Shown in pieces: positions 40,056 to 49,023 of a stretch of DNA of 64,000 bases. Position numbers and translations under genes: made by a program. This stretch comes from Bacteroidota bacterium (lineage in GTDB: Bacteria; Bacteroidota; Bacteroidia; Bacteroidales; FEN-979), in NCBI GenBank assembly GCA_043810345.1, contig JBDROF010000102.1:22118-86117 (forward strand). Reading direction: 5' to 3'. The notes under the pieces were generated by a model, which saw only the letters and a program-made list of their open reading frames with translations, did no database searches and was not told the origin of the DNA. Each line of letters starts with the position of its first letter. Positions within the stretch are counted from its first letter, which is position 1.

Positions 40056-41293
40056 CCAGCCTTCCGGTAAACGATGGAGACGAGGGATTTGTCGTCTCCT
40101 CCCATGTTGATCGTTAGTCCGTATGGCCTTTCAGATGTGATCGGGATCTGGGCATCTCCGGCTTTGCCGGTGAGCTGTTCCAAAATGGTGATCGCCTGGT
40201 GGACGCCAGTGGCTCCCGTTGGATGTCCCCATCCAACAAGGCCGCCGGTAGTATTGAAAGGTACCTTTCCGGTACGCTTGGTATTCCCCTGCAGGATAAA
40301 TTCGGCACCACCTCCATGCGGGGCGAATCCGATGGCTTCCGTCGCCAGGATGCCGGCAATGGTAAAGCAGTCGTGGCACTCTACGGTTCCGATCTGATCC
40401 TTGGTAATCCCTGCTGATTCGAGCGCTTTTCTGACGGCTTCCCTGGTGGTAGAGAGAACTGTTGGATCATCGGGCGGTTTGGTGATGTCCTCTTCTGCCT
40501 GGCCGATACCAATGATCTCAATCGCTTCACTCTTTGGAATTCCCACCCGCTTCAAGCCATCTTCAGAAACAACCGCAATGGCAGAGGCGCCATCGGAAAC
40601 TTTGGAGCAGTCAAAGACATTCAGGCTGTCAACAAAACCCCGGGGATTGGGTTTCATCATCCCCAGCGACCAGAGGTCTTCTGTCGTATTGTGATACTCC
40701 TGGGCAGTAGGACAAAGGCGTGCATTTTCAATGGCGTTGACAAACCACTGTGCCATGGCTTTCCGGGGCTCTTCATCTCCGAACTTCTCAAGGTAGGCTT
40801 TCGCACGGTCACTGAATAAGCCAGGAAAATAATAAGCATGTCCGTTTTTTCGTGATTTAGCCCAACTAGCAGCAGCCAGGATATCGGCGCCATAGATGGC
40901 TTTCACCGTATTCTGAACTTCCACGCCCAGCACCAGTACCACTTCAGCCGTTTCTGCCAGCACGGAACGGATCCCGGTCACCAGAGCCAGAGCACCTGAT
41001 GCGCAGGCACCTTCAACCCGCACAGCAGGTTTGTACCGTAATCCAGGATCAATGTAAGGCATAAAGGCTGCTAAATTACCCTGCCGGTTGAAACGGGCAG
41101 CAATGAAGTTGCCGATCACCGCTTCATCCACATTTTTAGCTCCGCCAATCTGTTTCAACACACCCTGACCCGCTTCTTTAATATACTCATCTATACCCGG
41201 ACGCGGCTTTTTCGGGTTAAATTCTTTCCGGCCTGTTCCCAGTGAGATGGTGTTGTAGCCGGCGACCATATATACTTTCTTGCGTAATTTCAT
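40052..41293 (-). CDS. thiolase-like acetyl-CoA acyltransferase
   Basis: 413-aa ORF with the active-site Cys context ...VRVEGACASGALAL... and C-terminal ...VECHDCFTIAG... and ...GGLVGWGHPTGATG.... Confidence 0.8.
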   Translation of the reverse strand: MKLRKKVYMVAGYNTISLGTGRKEFNPKKPRPGIDEYIKEAGQGVLKQIGGAKNVDEAVIGNFIAARFNRQGNLAAFMPYIDPGLRYKPAVRVEGACASGALALVTGIRSVLAETAEVVLVLGVEVQNTVKAIYGADILAAASWAKSRKNGHAYYFPGLFSDRAKAYLEKFGDEEPRKAMAQWFVNAIENARLCPTAQEYHNTTEDLWSLGMMKPNPRGFVDSLNVFDCSKVSDGASAIAVVSEDGLKRVGIPKSEAIEIIGIGQAEEDITKPPDDPTVLSTTREAVRKALESAGITKDQIGTVECHDCFTIAGILATEAIGFAPHGGGAEFILQGNTKRTGKVPFNTTGGLVGWGHPTGATGVHQAITILEQLTGKAGDAQIPITSERPYGLTINMGGDDKSLVSIVYRKAG

Positions 41294-41310
41294 AGTTTGT
41301 CCTCCTTCGT

Positions 41311-42648
41311 TTAATCCAGGTAATTATTAATAGGTCCGTAAGCATGAAAGAAGCCGGTCAACAGCACCGTGTTGACATCGTTCTCGTTGAAAGCCACTTT
41401 GTCAGCTACCAGTTTGAGCCCGATCTCTTTGGATCGTCTGGCATAATTTGTAGCCAGCTTGGCACCGAGCGTATTCATCCCCTTAATTTCATCAAAGATC
41501 GCTTTCAGAAGATCCTCTTTCTGCAGTGAAAATGCAACGCTTTTCCATGGCTGCATGGAGGCAGGCATGGGGCCAAGCTTTGCGTCACAGGCACCCTGAA
41601 AGCCGGAGATCATCACGTACTCCCTTGTGTCAGGGTTGAATACACCAACAGGCCTCCCCTTCTCATACTTCAGGATCCCATCTTTCTGGGAACCGTCAGA
41701 ATACTGGCCTCCAAGAATTCCCTGTTCAATCAACCGGTCGAGCAGGTCGCTGTGGAGGTCTTCACCCTTCAGGAACGGGTTCATCACACTCATGATATAC
41801 TGGCAGACATCCACTCCGACATAATCGATCAACTGAAAAATACCCATGGGCCGGACGAGGTATTCCTGGCTGACTTTGTTTACCATATACATGGCTTCGG
41901 GCAGGGAACACTCCTTCGCAAGTTTTTCCGCCACGTGGATTCCGTGAAGCGCATCCCGCATGAAATGTCCATTCCCTACAAATCCGGCAAAGTCGCTGGA
42001 GGGAACCACTACCTTCCGTAAGCTCTTGGCATACTGAAGAGCTAACTCCTCCACTTCAGGTAGGGTATGATTGCTCTTGATCACTTCAACCAATTTTTGA
42101 ACTGCCGGAGGGTTATAAAAATGGAACCCGATGATCCGTCCACCCAGGTTGGCCTTTTCGTCAAGCTGTGTGATAGGGATGGAGGAAGTGTTTGTAAAGT
42201 ACCAGGGTTTGTGGGGATTGTTCCGGTCTACCTGGGTGAGGATCTTCACCTTCAGCTCCGGATCCTCTTTGATCGCTTCAAAGATCAACGTGGAGTTGTA
42301 GGAGACCTCCAGATGTAAAGAGGGGCGGATGGTCACCATGACATCTTCGACATACTGCAGGATGATCTCTTCGTTATCGATCAGATCAGCCCTGTCGGCA
42401 TACGCTGCCCTGAGCTGAACAGTTTTCTTCTCTGCGGCCTTCAGCGCCTGAGCCCGTATGTACTTCATCAGGCCAATCAGGGCTTCGTTTGACACATCAA
42501 TGGCGTTGATCACGAAAGCCTTCCCCTTGTTCTCGGGCTTCAGGCTCAGATCAGCCATCTCCTGTGCCGTCAGGAGCAGGATACCGCTACCCATCTTCCC
42601 GGCGGCTCCCAGGACAGTGACATTGGATAATCTTTCAGTGTAGTTCAT
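41311..42648 (-). CDS. 3-hydroxyacyl-CoA dehydrogenase family protein (long form)
   Basis: The start is set at the ATG at 42648 (MNYTERLSNVTVLGAAGKMGSG, an NAD-binding GxGxxG). It lies between the thiolase and crotonase genes. Confidence 0.75.
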   Translation of the reverse strand: MNYTERLSNVTVLGAAGKMGSGILLLTAQEMADLSLKPENKGKAFVINAIDVSNEALIGLMKYIRAQALKAAEKKTVQLRAAYADRADLIDNEEIILQYVEDVMVTIRPSLHLEVSYNSTLIFEAIKEDPELKVKILTQVDRNNPHKPWYFTNTSSIPITQLDEKANLGGRIIGFHFYNPPAVQKLVEVIKSNHTLPEVEELALQYAKSLRKVVVPSSDFAGFVGNGHFMRDALHGIHVAEKLAKECSLPEAMYMVNKVSQEYLVRPMGIFQLIDYVGVDVCQYIMSVMNPFLKGEDLHSDLLDRLIEQGILGGQYSDGSQKDGILKYEKGRPVGVFNPDTREYVMISGFQGACDAKLGPMPASMQPWKSVAFSLQKEDLLKAIFDEIKGMNTLGAKLATNYARRSKEIGLKLVADKVAFNENDVNTVLLTGFFHAYGPINNYLD

Positions 42649-42693
42649 AAGTTTGGATTGATTTTTCGATATATTATAATCTATTATTTTGAC

Positions 42694-42733
42694 GGTCATA
42701 AGGTCATGGAGTGATGAGGTGATGAGGTGATGA
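42694..42733 (-). repeat. five phased octamers; minus-strand reading CTTCATCA CCTCATCA CCTCATCA CTCCATGA CCTTATGA
   Basis: The plus strand reads GGTCATAA GGTCATGG AGTGATGA GGTGATGA GGTGATGA. It belongs to the same family as 49024-49055 and lies 10 nt downstream of the crotonase stop codon. Confidence 0.9.
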
Positions 42734-42742
42734 AGTTACCTC

Positions 42743-43513
42743 TTACCAGTTCGGTTTGCGTTTCTCCAGGAACGCTTTCATCCCCTCTCCGGATTCACCG
42801 TTTCCGAACAGGGATGCAAATTCCTCAGCTTCCAGGCGGCAGGCCTCCTTAAAGTCCATATGGAAACCCTGCCGGGTCACCTCTTTGGCCTTCATTACAG
42901 CGAGGGGACCTTTGGTAGCAATACGGCCTGCCAGTGCTTTGGCTTCGGCGAGAAGCTCTTCCGGTTCCGTCACTTTTTGCACCAATCCCATCCGCAGTGC
43001 ATCATCCGCCGTGATCATATCTCCGGAAAGGATCATGTACAACGCATTTGAAATCCCTGCAATCCGTGAAAGGCGCTGTGTGCCGGCATACCCGGGGATC
43101 AGGCCGAGGCTCACCTCCGGCTGACTGAATTTGGCTTTGTTGCTGGCAACCCGGAAATCACATGCCATGGCCAGTTCGCACCCACCGCCCAGAGCAAATC
43201 CGTTAACAGCTGCGATCACCGGGGCACGAAAGTGCGCGATACGGTAAAAAGTATCTTGTCCGGTAAGGGAAAAACTAAGGGCCTGGTCATAGGTCATCTC
43301 CGACATCTCAGCAATGTCGGCACCGGCAACAAAAGCCTTGTCAACACCGGTTAGAATCACAGCTGTTATCGATTCATCTGCATCCAACCGGTCCAGTACA
43401 TGGTTCATCTCAACGAAAAAACGTGCATTCAGGGCGTTGAGTACCTGCGGACGGTTGATGGTAATGGTCGCAATGCCATGATCCACGTCAAGTTTCAGAA
43501 TCTCGTATTCCAT
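42743..43513 (-). CDS. enoyl-CoA hydratase (crotonase family)
   Basis: 256-aa ORF with ...VAGADIAEM... and ...AAVNGFALGGGCELAMACDFRVAS... oxyanion-hole motifs. Confidence 0.9.
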   Translation of the reverse strand: MEYEILKLDVDHGIATITINRPQVLNALNARFFVEMNHVLDRLDADESITAVILTGVDKAFVAGADIAEMSEMTYDQALSFSLTGQDTFYRIAHFRAPVIAAVNGFALGGGCELAMACDFRVASNKAKFSQPEVSLGLIPGYAGTQRLSRIAGISNALYMILSGDMITADDALRMGLVQKVTEPEELLAEAKALAGRIATKGPLAVMKAKEVTRQGFHMDFKEACRLEAEEFASLFGNGESGEGMKAFLEKRKPNW

Positions 43514-43614
43514 CTGGTTGAGGATTTAATCATTGAATCTGTGAAAAGATAAACAAAAATATAAAAAAGTCCTCATCTTTGCCTAAACTCTAAAAAAATA
43601 CAAATAAACCCAAA

Positions 43615-45018
43615 ATGCGCCGCACAAAAATCATCGCCACGCTTGGACCAGCCAGCCAGTCACCAGAGGTGATCAGGCAACTGATCCTTGCAGGTATGGA
43701 TGTGGCCCGGCTGAATTTTTCCCACGGGACTTACCAGGATCATGCCAGGGCGATCGGTAACCTCCGGAGGATCAGTGCCGAACTGGATAAACCTGTCACG
43801 ATTCTTCAGGATCTGCAAGGGCCGAAGATCAGGGTGGGTATGCTTCCCGAAGGAGAGATGAATCTGGAAAAAGGGGCCGTGATGAAGCTGGTTCCGGAGA
43901 CACTCTTTTCAGGATCACAAGATGAGATCCCGATCGATTATCCTTATACCGCAGCGGAAACAAAGCCAGGTACACAGGTGTTGCTTGATGATGGCTTGCT
44001 TGAAATGAAGGTCAACCGGGTTGATGGAGATGTGGTGATCTGTCAGGTCGTGGAAGGAGGAACCCTGAGGCAACGCAAAGGGGTGAATTTTCCAACCCTG
44101 AACCTGAAACTGCCCTCCCTGACAGAAAAAGACAAGCGTGACCTGGATTTTGGAATCGCCCATGATGTGGATTGGGTCTCGTTGAGTTTTGTACGAAGCG
44201 TTGCAGACGTACGGGAATTGAAATCGATCCTTGAGAGTTTGGGAAACCTGAAACCGGTGATTGCCAAGATCGAAAAACCTCAGGCTATTGAACACCTGAA
44301 AGAGATTGTCGAGGAGGCTCAAGGGATCATGGTTGCCCGCGGCGACCTGGGTGTGGAGCTGAGTCCGGAGAAGGTTCCTCTGCTGCAGAAACAGATCATC
44401 GAACATTGTAACCGCATGGGTAAGCCGGTGATCACTGCTACCCAGATGCTTGAGAGCATGATGCATACAGCACGTCCTACCCGCGCCGAAGCTTCGGATG
44501 TGGCTAATGCGATCATCGATGGGACCGACTGCATCATGCTTTCGGGGGAGACAGCCGCAGGAAGTTTCCCTGTTAAGTCTGTGGAGATCATGAGTAAAAT
44601 TGCCACAGAGGTGGAATCACAAATTGAATTTAAAACCTATCCCCCGGAAGGAAACCTGGATATCATGGCACTCAGTGAAGCAACCAACATGATTGAAAAG
44701 ATTGCTGAACCCCATTGTGTGGTCGTGCTCACCACCAGTGGCAGAAGCGCCCGTTTTGTTGCTGCAGAGCGCCCGAAAACGCCCATTTATGCCATCACCA
44801 CCGACCTGAATGTCTACCATGGACTCAACCTGTTATGGGGGATCAACCCGATCCTGGTGTCGATGATATCCAGTACATTCGACGACCTTGTCAACTTGGC
44901 AGAACAAACACTCCTGAAAAGAGGACTGGCTGCTCCGGGGAATAAAATTATTGTTGTCGGAGGTGTGCCTGCAGGTATTCCCGGAGGGACCAACTTCATT
45001 AAAATTCATACCATCTAA
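43615..45018 (+). CDS. pyk: pyruvate kinase
   Basis: 467-aa ORF with MRRTKIIATLGPAS, ...ARLNFSHG... and ...MVARGDLGVE... motifs. Confidence 0.95.
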   Translation: MRRTKIIATLGPASQSPEVIRQLILAGMDVARLNFSHGTYQDHARAIGNLRRISAELDKPVTILQDLQGPKIRVGMLPEGEMNLEKGAVMKLVPETLFSGSQDEIPIDYPYTAAETKPGTQVLLDDGLLEMKVNRVDGDVVICQVVEGGTLRQRKGVNFPTLNLKLPSLTEKDKRDLDFGIAHDVDWVSLSFVRSVADVRELKSILESLGNLKPVIAKIEKPQAIEHLKEIVEEAQGIMVARGDLGVELSPEKVPLLQKQIIEHCNRMGKPVITATQMLESMMHTARPTRAEASDVANAIIDGTDCIMLSGETAAGSFPVKSVEIMSKIATEVESQIEFKTYPPEGNLDIMALSEATNMIEKIAEPHCVVVLTTSGRSARFVAAERPKTPIYAITTDLNVYHGLNLLWGINPILVSMISSTFDDLVNLAEQTLLKRGLAAPGNKIIVVGGVPAGIPGGTNFIKIHTI

Positions 45019-45037
45019 CCCAAAAAGCCCACGAAAA

Positions 45038-45093
45038 AATTCGTAATTCGTAATTGGCTCCGCCGAGCTCCGCTTCGCTCCGGTTCGTAATTA
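45038..45093 (+). repeat. AATTCGT heptamers flanking the conserved core TGGCTCCGCCGAGCTCCGC..GCTCCGGTTC
   Basis: The sequence reads AATTCGT AATTCGT AATTGGCTCCGCCGAGCTCCGCTTCGCTCCGGTTCGTAATTA. It lies between the convergent pyk and LytTR-regulator stop codons. The core is shared with 26341-26392. Confidence 0.85.
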
Positions 45094-45852
45094 TAATTTA
45101 AGTGTTTCCTTCAATACCTTATATCCCGATGTACTTGCTTTCAGACTGGTCCCATCCTGCATCAGTACAGCGTAGCTCTCTTTGTCGTAATATTCGAGTT
45201 TGTCCATGAAATCAACGTTGATGATAGTAGAGCGGTGAATCCTCACAAACATGGTGGGATCAAGATGCGTTTCAAAGTATTTCATGGTCTTTTCCTTCAG
45301 AAACCGCTCCTTTTCCGTGTGAATGGTAACATAGTCACCATCCGCTTCAAAGTACCTGATATCATGGACCGGGATCACGTAAACCTTATGTCTGACCTTC
45401 ACGGCAATCCGGGTGAGAAGATCCGGTTGCTCATTCACTACCCGAAGAATGTTTTTCACTGGTTTAACACTTCCTGAGCCAGTGGAAAGAACGCCCAGGG
45501 CTTTTACCATAGCCTGGTCGAACCGTTCTCTGGCATAGGGTTTCAGCAGGTAGTCGACCGCATTCATCTCAAATGCTTTGATGGCAAATTGATCAAACGC
45601 CGTACTGAAGATGATTACCGGTGGATCATCCAGCAACTCCAGCATCTCGAAACCGGTCAGTTTTGGCATCTGGATATCAAGGAAAATGAGATCGGGTTTC
45701 AGCTCCTGGATCGCTTTCAGTCCGGAGAATCCATCCGGATACTCCCCTGCCACTTCCAGCGTTGGGTATTCCATGAGGTAATCCCTGATGATCTGACGGG
45801 CAGGAGGTTCATCATCAATGATCAGGACTTTGTATTTTCGGTCATTTGTCAT
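45091..45852 (-). CDS. LytTR-family DNA-binding response regulator
   Basis: 253-aa ORF with an N-terminal REC domain (VLIIDDEPPAR...IFLDIQMPKLTG) and a C-terminal LytTR domain (...IRYFEADGDYVTIHT...). Confidence 0.9.
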   Translation of the reverse strand: MTNDRKYKVLIIDDEPPARQIIRDYLMEYPTLEVAGEYPDGFSGLKAIQELKPDLIFLDIQMPKLTGFEMLELLDDPPVIIFSTAFDQFAIKAFEMNAVDYLLKPYARERFDQAMVKALGVLSTGSGSVKPVKNILRVVNEQPDLLTRIAVKVRHKVYVIPVHDIRYFEADGDYVTIHTEKERFLKEKTMKYFETHLDPTMFVRIHRSTIINVDFMDKLEYYDKESYAVLMQDGTSLKASTSGYKVLKETLKL

Positions 45853-45868
45853 TGGCCATTAGTCATTA
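45841..45868 (-). repeat. four phased heptamers; minus-strand reading TAATGAC TAATGGC CAATGAC AAATGAC (AATGACC family), containing the regulator start codon
   Basis: The plus strand reads GTCATTT GTCATTG GCCATTA GTCATTA. The ATG at 45852-45850 is the ATG of the third unit. Confidence 0.9.
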
Positions 45869-45890
45869 AAGGCATTAAGGGAAATTATTT

Positions 45891-45911
45891 TGAATTCTGA
45901 ATTCTGAATTA
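45891..45911 (-). repeat. three heptamers TGAATTC TGAATTC TGAATTA (minus-strand reading TAATT CAGAATT CAGAATT CA)
   Basis: It overlaps the histidine-kinase stop codon (45909-45911). Same family and same gene-relative orientation as 50655-50682. Confidence 0.9.
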
Positions 45912-46958
45912 ATTAACCGGTATCCTCAACCTGACAAAGTACCTGTTCCCCTTTTTCCATGTTTTTAATAAATCATTCCGGTGATAAGTAAGCCTGAGTC
46001 GCTCTCTGATGTTGTTCAATCCTACCCCGGCCCCTTTGCGGGGAACGGCTTCCGGGTCAAAATCGTTGACAATGGTAATCTCAGTGAAATCAGATTCTAC
46101 CCTGCACTCCGTCTCAATCCGGACCTGGTCGGTACTTTCGTAAACACCATGTTTGATCGCATTTTCATAAAGCGGCTGCAATAACATCACAGGGATTTGC
46201 TGGTCATAGCAATCTTGACGGATATCTAGTTCATAGACAAGCTTCTCCCCAAACCGGATTTTTTCGATCTCGAGGTATCGTTGGATATTTTCAAGCTCTC
46301 TGGAGAGAGGTGTCAGGCTGTCGGCTCCGGATGAGACTGAATACCTCAGGAAATCCGAAAGTTTGATCACCATCTCCCGTGCCTTCTCCGGGTTACTCAC
46401 CGTCAGGGAACTGATGGAATTCAGGCTATTGAACAGGAAATGTGGATTGATTTGAGATTTCAACATATTCAATTCGGTCTCTTTCAACAGGGTGTTTAAC
46501 CGGGCCTCCATCTTCAGTTTCTCCTCCAGGTTGAAATTGTATATCAACAGGTAGAATGTAAGTCCCACGAGAATATAGAGGAACACTCCACTGAAAAGCC
46601 TGACCGGGATGGATACATATAGAAAGTCGTTGTAAGCCGTCTGGCCCTGGAACAACGTAGAGAGCACAGAATATCCTACACCGAACCAGATCACGATGAT
46701 CAGCACCAATGAGGTCATATGGTTGAATATGATGTTGAAGCTGGACTTCCTGGTTGGTGAACTGTAGCGCACGATAAACCACATTGGCAGTCCGATCAGC
46801 GCAAAAAGAAGGTTGAAGATCAGGCTGTCGGCCAGGGCTATCTCAAGCGGAAAATGATATTGAAAAGTGAGAATGGAAAACTGGATCCCGGCCAGAAGGA
46901 TCCAGACCCCAAAATAGAGAATAGTTGTTTTTATGTTTTGAAATACAGGATGCTGCAT
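45909..46958 (-). CDS. LytS/YehU-type sensor histidine kinase
   Basis: 349-aa ORF with an N-terminal TM bundle, then ...LKSQINPHFLFNSLNSISSL... (His_kinase/PF06580-type H-box) and a C-terminal ATPase region. Confidence 0.85.
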   Translation of the reverse strand: MQHPVFQNIKTTILYFGVWILLAGIQFSILTFQYHFPLEIALADSLIFNLLFALIGLPMWFIVRYSSPTRKSSFNIIFNHMTSLVLIIVIWFGVGYSVLSTLFQGQTAYNDFLYVSIPVRLFSGVFLYILVGLTFYLLIYNFNLEEKLKMEARLNTLLKETELNMLKSQINPHFLFNSLNSISSLTVSNPEKAREMVIKLSDFLRYSVSSGADSLTPLSRELENIQRYLEIEKIRFGEKLVYELDIRQDCYDQQIPVMLLQPLYENAIKHGVYESTDQVRIETECRVESDFTEITIVNDFDPEAVPRKGAGVGLNNIRERLRLTYHRNDLLKTWKKGNRYFVRLRIPVN

Positions 46959-46969
46959 TTATGGCCTGA

Positions 46970-47719
46970 TTAATAACTTTTAATCTCACCGCCACCAAAA
47001 ATGGCTTCAGCTTTGATGATCAGAATGCGTGAGGGATCCGGACTCTCTTTGATCACACTCCTTTTGTCTTCAAATCCACCGAGGATGGAAGAGTTTCTTA
47101 CCACGATTTTCCAGTCAGCAGGAACAATCACGGTGGCTCCTCCGAAGATGGCACTGACTTCGAGCGTATGCTCACCGGGAGCCAGGGCAGCATGGGTCAG
47201 GTCCACCTCCGCTCCCCCGAAGATACAGGAGATCTTCCCCCCTTTGAACGACTGGTGGGTAACTTTTTGGTTGGTCCCTCCGAAGATTGTCTCTAAGTTG
47301 ATATACCCGTCTTTCAGCATCAGCTCCCCCTTGCTCCGGCGCAGTCCAGACCTCCTGAATCCCTTGAACAGGATAATCAACCCGATCGCGATCAGAATGG
47401 CCGGCCAGAACAGGCTATGGATACTAAAGGGCAACACACCGAATTTAGGAATGATGAATATCCCGCCAACCAGGATCAGGATGATCCCGGGTACATAACT
47501 TTCTCTGCCGAAAAGGCTGACCACTCCAATGACGATGAGTAACATCTGCCAGGAAAAAATAATAGATTTCCATGTTATTGGAATAAATCCAACATTTAAA
47601 CCGAGCAGGATCAGGCCGGCCAGAATCGCAACCGATCCAAGTGCATATTTCTTCATACGCCTGCCGTTTGAGTAATTATCCGTTTTGTAGCCGGAATGTT
47701 GATCAATGGATGAATTCAT
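46970..47719 (-). CDS. LiaF-like cell-envelope stress membrane protein (DUF2154-type C-terminal domain)
   Basis: 249-aa ORF with four N-terminal TM segments. The C-terminal repeated ...IFGGxxV... strands (ISCIFGGAEVDL, VSAIFGGATVIV, AEAIFGGGEI) are typical of LiaF-type proteins. Confidence 0.65.
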   Translation of the reverse strand: MNSSIDQHSGYKTDNYSNGRRMKKYALGSVAILAGLILLGLNVGFIPITWKSIIFSWQMLLIVIGVVSLFGRESYVPGIILILVGGIFIIPKFGVLPFSIHSLFWPAILIAIGLIILFKGFRRSGLRRSKGELMLKDGYINLETIFGGTNQKVTHQSFKGGKISCIFGGAEVDLTHAALAPGEHTLEVSAIFGGATVIVPADWKIVVRNSSILGGFEDKRSVIKESPDPSRILIIKAEAIFGGGEIKSY

Positions 47720-47959
47720 TTTTTAGATTTTAAAGTTATACATTTTTTGCTGAAGCAAAATTAATTTGTGCGAATCGCTCTGAGAACAGGCTTTCGGTGG
47801 GTGCCCGATTTTTCCCGGTGAAACCCGGAATTTGTATTTTTGTTCGTGCCTGTTAATAACAATGAAGACACGGAAATCACGAAAAAATACAGATTAATCC
47901 GTGAAAATCCATATAAATCCGGATAATCTGTGTTCCAATAAATCCTTAGCTTTGCAGGG

Positions 47960-48958
47960 ATGAAGCTTTCATTTTACAAATATCACGGAACAGGCAATGA
48001 TTTCATTCTGGTCGATAACAGGGAAGGAACAATCGCACTATCGAAAAAGCAGATCGAACGTTTGTGTGATCGTCATTTTGGCGTCGGTGCCGACGGGCTG
48101 ATGTTACTTACTTCCGAAAAGGGGTATGATTTCGGCATGGTCTACTTCAATGCCGATGGGAACGAAAGCACCCTATGCGGGAACGGAGGCAGGTGCATAA
48201 CAGCCTTCGCACATATGCTGGGTATCATCGGTCAATCCGCCCGGTTTCTGGCCAGCGACGGCGAACATACTGCCAAAATCCTGAAAGACGAAGGGAATGT
48301 GAAATGGGTCCGGTTGAAAATGGCGGATGTAACTACCCCTCCCCTGGCCCCTCCCCAACAAGGGAGGGGAGTATCGGATATCGAAACAGATAAATCGTCC
48401 TTCGTCCTTCGTCCTTCGTCTTTCTTAATCAACACCGGCTCTCCCCATCTGGTTATCTTCGTTGAGAACGTGAGTGAAATAGATGCTGTATCAGAGGGCC
48501 GTAAACTCCGGGACGATCCCCAATTCGCCCCGGATGGAACCAATGTCGATTTCGTGGAGATCATGGAATCCAATCTCTTCGTCAGGACCTATGAACGAGG
48601 GGTGGAGAATGAGACACTCTCCTGTGGTACGGGGGTAACGGCGGCAGCAATGGCCTATGCCAGTTGGCAGTCCGCAGTCCGCAGTCCACAGTCCGCAGTC
48701 CTCAGTCCGCAGTCCGCAGTCCACAGTCCGCAGTCCGCAGTCCGCAGTCCAAAAATATCCAGGACCCAGCATCCAGGATCCAGCATCGAAATAGAAACAC
48801 TTGGCGGCAAACTGACCGTTTCCTTCCGGTTTGAGGATGGAACATTTACGGATATCTGGCTGAAGGGACCGGCGGAGCATGTTTTCAGCGGGGAGATCGA
48901 GGTTCGTGAAACGAGGGACGAGAGACGAGGGACGAGGGACGAAGAACTTAAGAGGTAA
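47960..48958 (+). CDS. dapF: diaminopimelate epimerase carrying in-frame repeat-derived insertions and a repeat-encoded tail
   Basis: The DapF core is recognisable: FYKYHGTGNDFILVD, NADGNESTLCGNGGRC, NTGSPHLVIFV, RTYERGVENETLSCGTG. The ORF is 332 aa versus 274 aa for E. coli DapF. The extra segments coincide with the repeats at 48336-48422, 48667-48784 and 48907-48958. Confidence 0.85.
   Translation: MKLSFYKYHGTGNDFILVDNREGTIALSKKQIERLCDRHFGVGADGLMLLTSEKGYDFGMVYFNADGNESTLCGNGGRCITAFAHMLGIIGQSARFLASDGEHTAKILKDEGNVKWVRLKMADVTTPPLAPPQQGRGVSDIETDKSSFVLRPSSFLINTGSPHLVIFVENVSEIDAVSEGRKLRDDPQFAPDGTNVDFVEIMESNLFVRTYERGVENETLSCGTGVTAAAMAYASWQSAVRSPQSAVLSPQSAVHSPQSAVRSPKISRTQHPGSSIEIETLGGKLTVSFRFEDGTFTDIWLKGPAEHVFSGEIEVRETRDERRGTRDEELKR
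48336..48370. repeat. GC-rich hairpin element (CCCCTCCC / GGGAGGGG family) inside dapF
   Basis: The sequence reads CCCCTCCCCtggCCCCTCCCcaacaaGGGAGGGGa. An 8-bp stem pairs 48348-48355 with 48362-48369, and the C-rich arm is duplicated at 48336-48344. It translates in frame as TPPLAPPQQGRG. Confidence 0.85.
48395..48422 (-). repeat. four phased heptamers TCGTCCT x3, TCGTCTT (reverse complement of the GGACGA words) inside dapF
   Basis: Read directly. It translates in frame as SSFVLRPSSF. Confidence 0.9.
48667..48750 (+). repeat. 12 phased heptamers (GCAGTCC with A/T variants), 84 nt, in frame inside dapF
   Basis: The units are GCAGTCC x3, ACAGTCC, GCAGTCC, TCAGTCC, GCAGTCC x2, ACAGTCC, GCAGTCC x3. 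The 21-nt super-period gives the peptide repeat QSAVRSP/QSAVLSP/QSAVHSP/QSAVRSP. Confidence 0.97.
48757..48784 (+). repeat. tandem 14-mer ATCCAGGA(C/T)CCAGC x2 inside dapF
   Basis: Read directly, immediately after the heptamer array. It is translated as ISRTQHPGSS. Confidence 0.85.
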
Positions 48959-48976
48959 GAGGTGAATCGTGAATAG
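48907..48976 (+). repeat. 10 phased heptamers TGAAACG AGGGACG AGAGACG AGGGACG AGGGACG AAGAACT TAAGAGG TAAGAGG TGAATCG TGAATAG
   Basis: It shows the same word progression as 26300-26341 and, in reverse, 38615-38684. It encodes the dapF tail (ETRDERRGTRDEELKR) and contains the dapF stop codon TAA (48956-48958). Confidence 0.95.
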
Positions 48977-49002
48977 TACAAATTATAAGTATTGCCAACT
49001 TC

Positions 49003-49023
49003 GGACTGAGGACTGAGGACTCC
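49003..49023 (-). repeat. three heptamers GGACTGA GGACTGA GGACTCC (reverse complement of the 48667 array units)
   Basis: The reverse complement of GGACTGA is TCAGTCC, a unit variant present in the intragenic array. Confidence 0.9.

Noticed and set aside
47720-47959. Possible lysine riboswitch upstream of dapF
   Set aside because: The 240-nt leader shows none of the conserved L-box helices or motifs I can recall. It contains only short AATCC-type word repeats.
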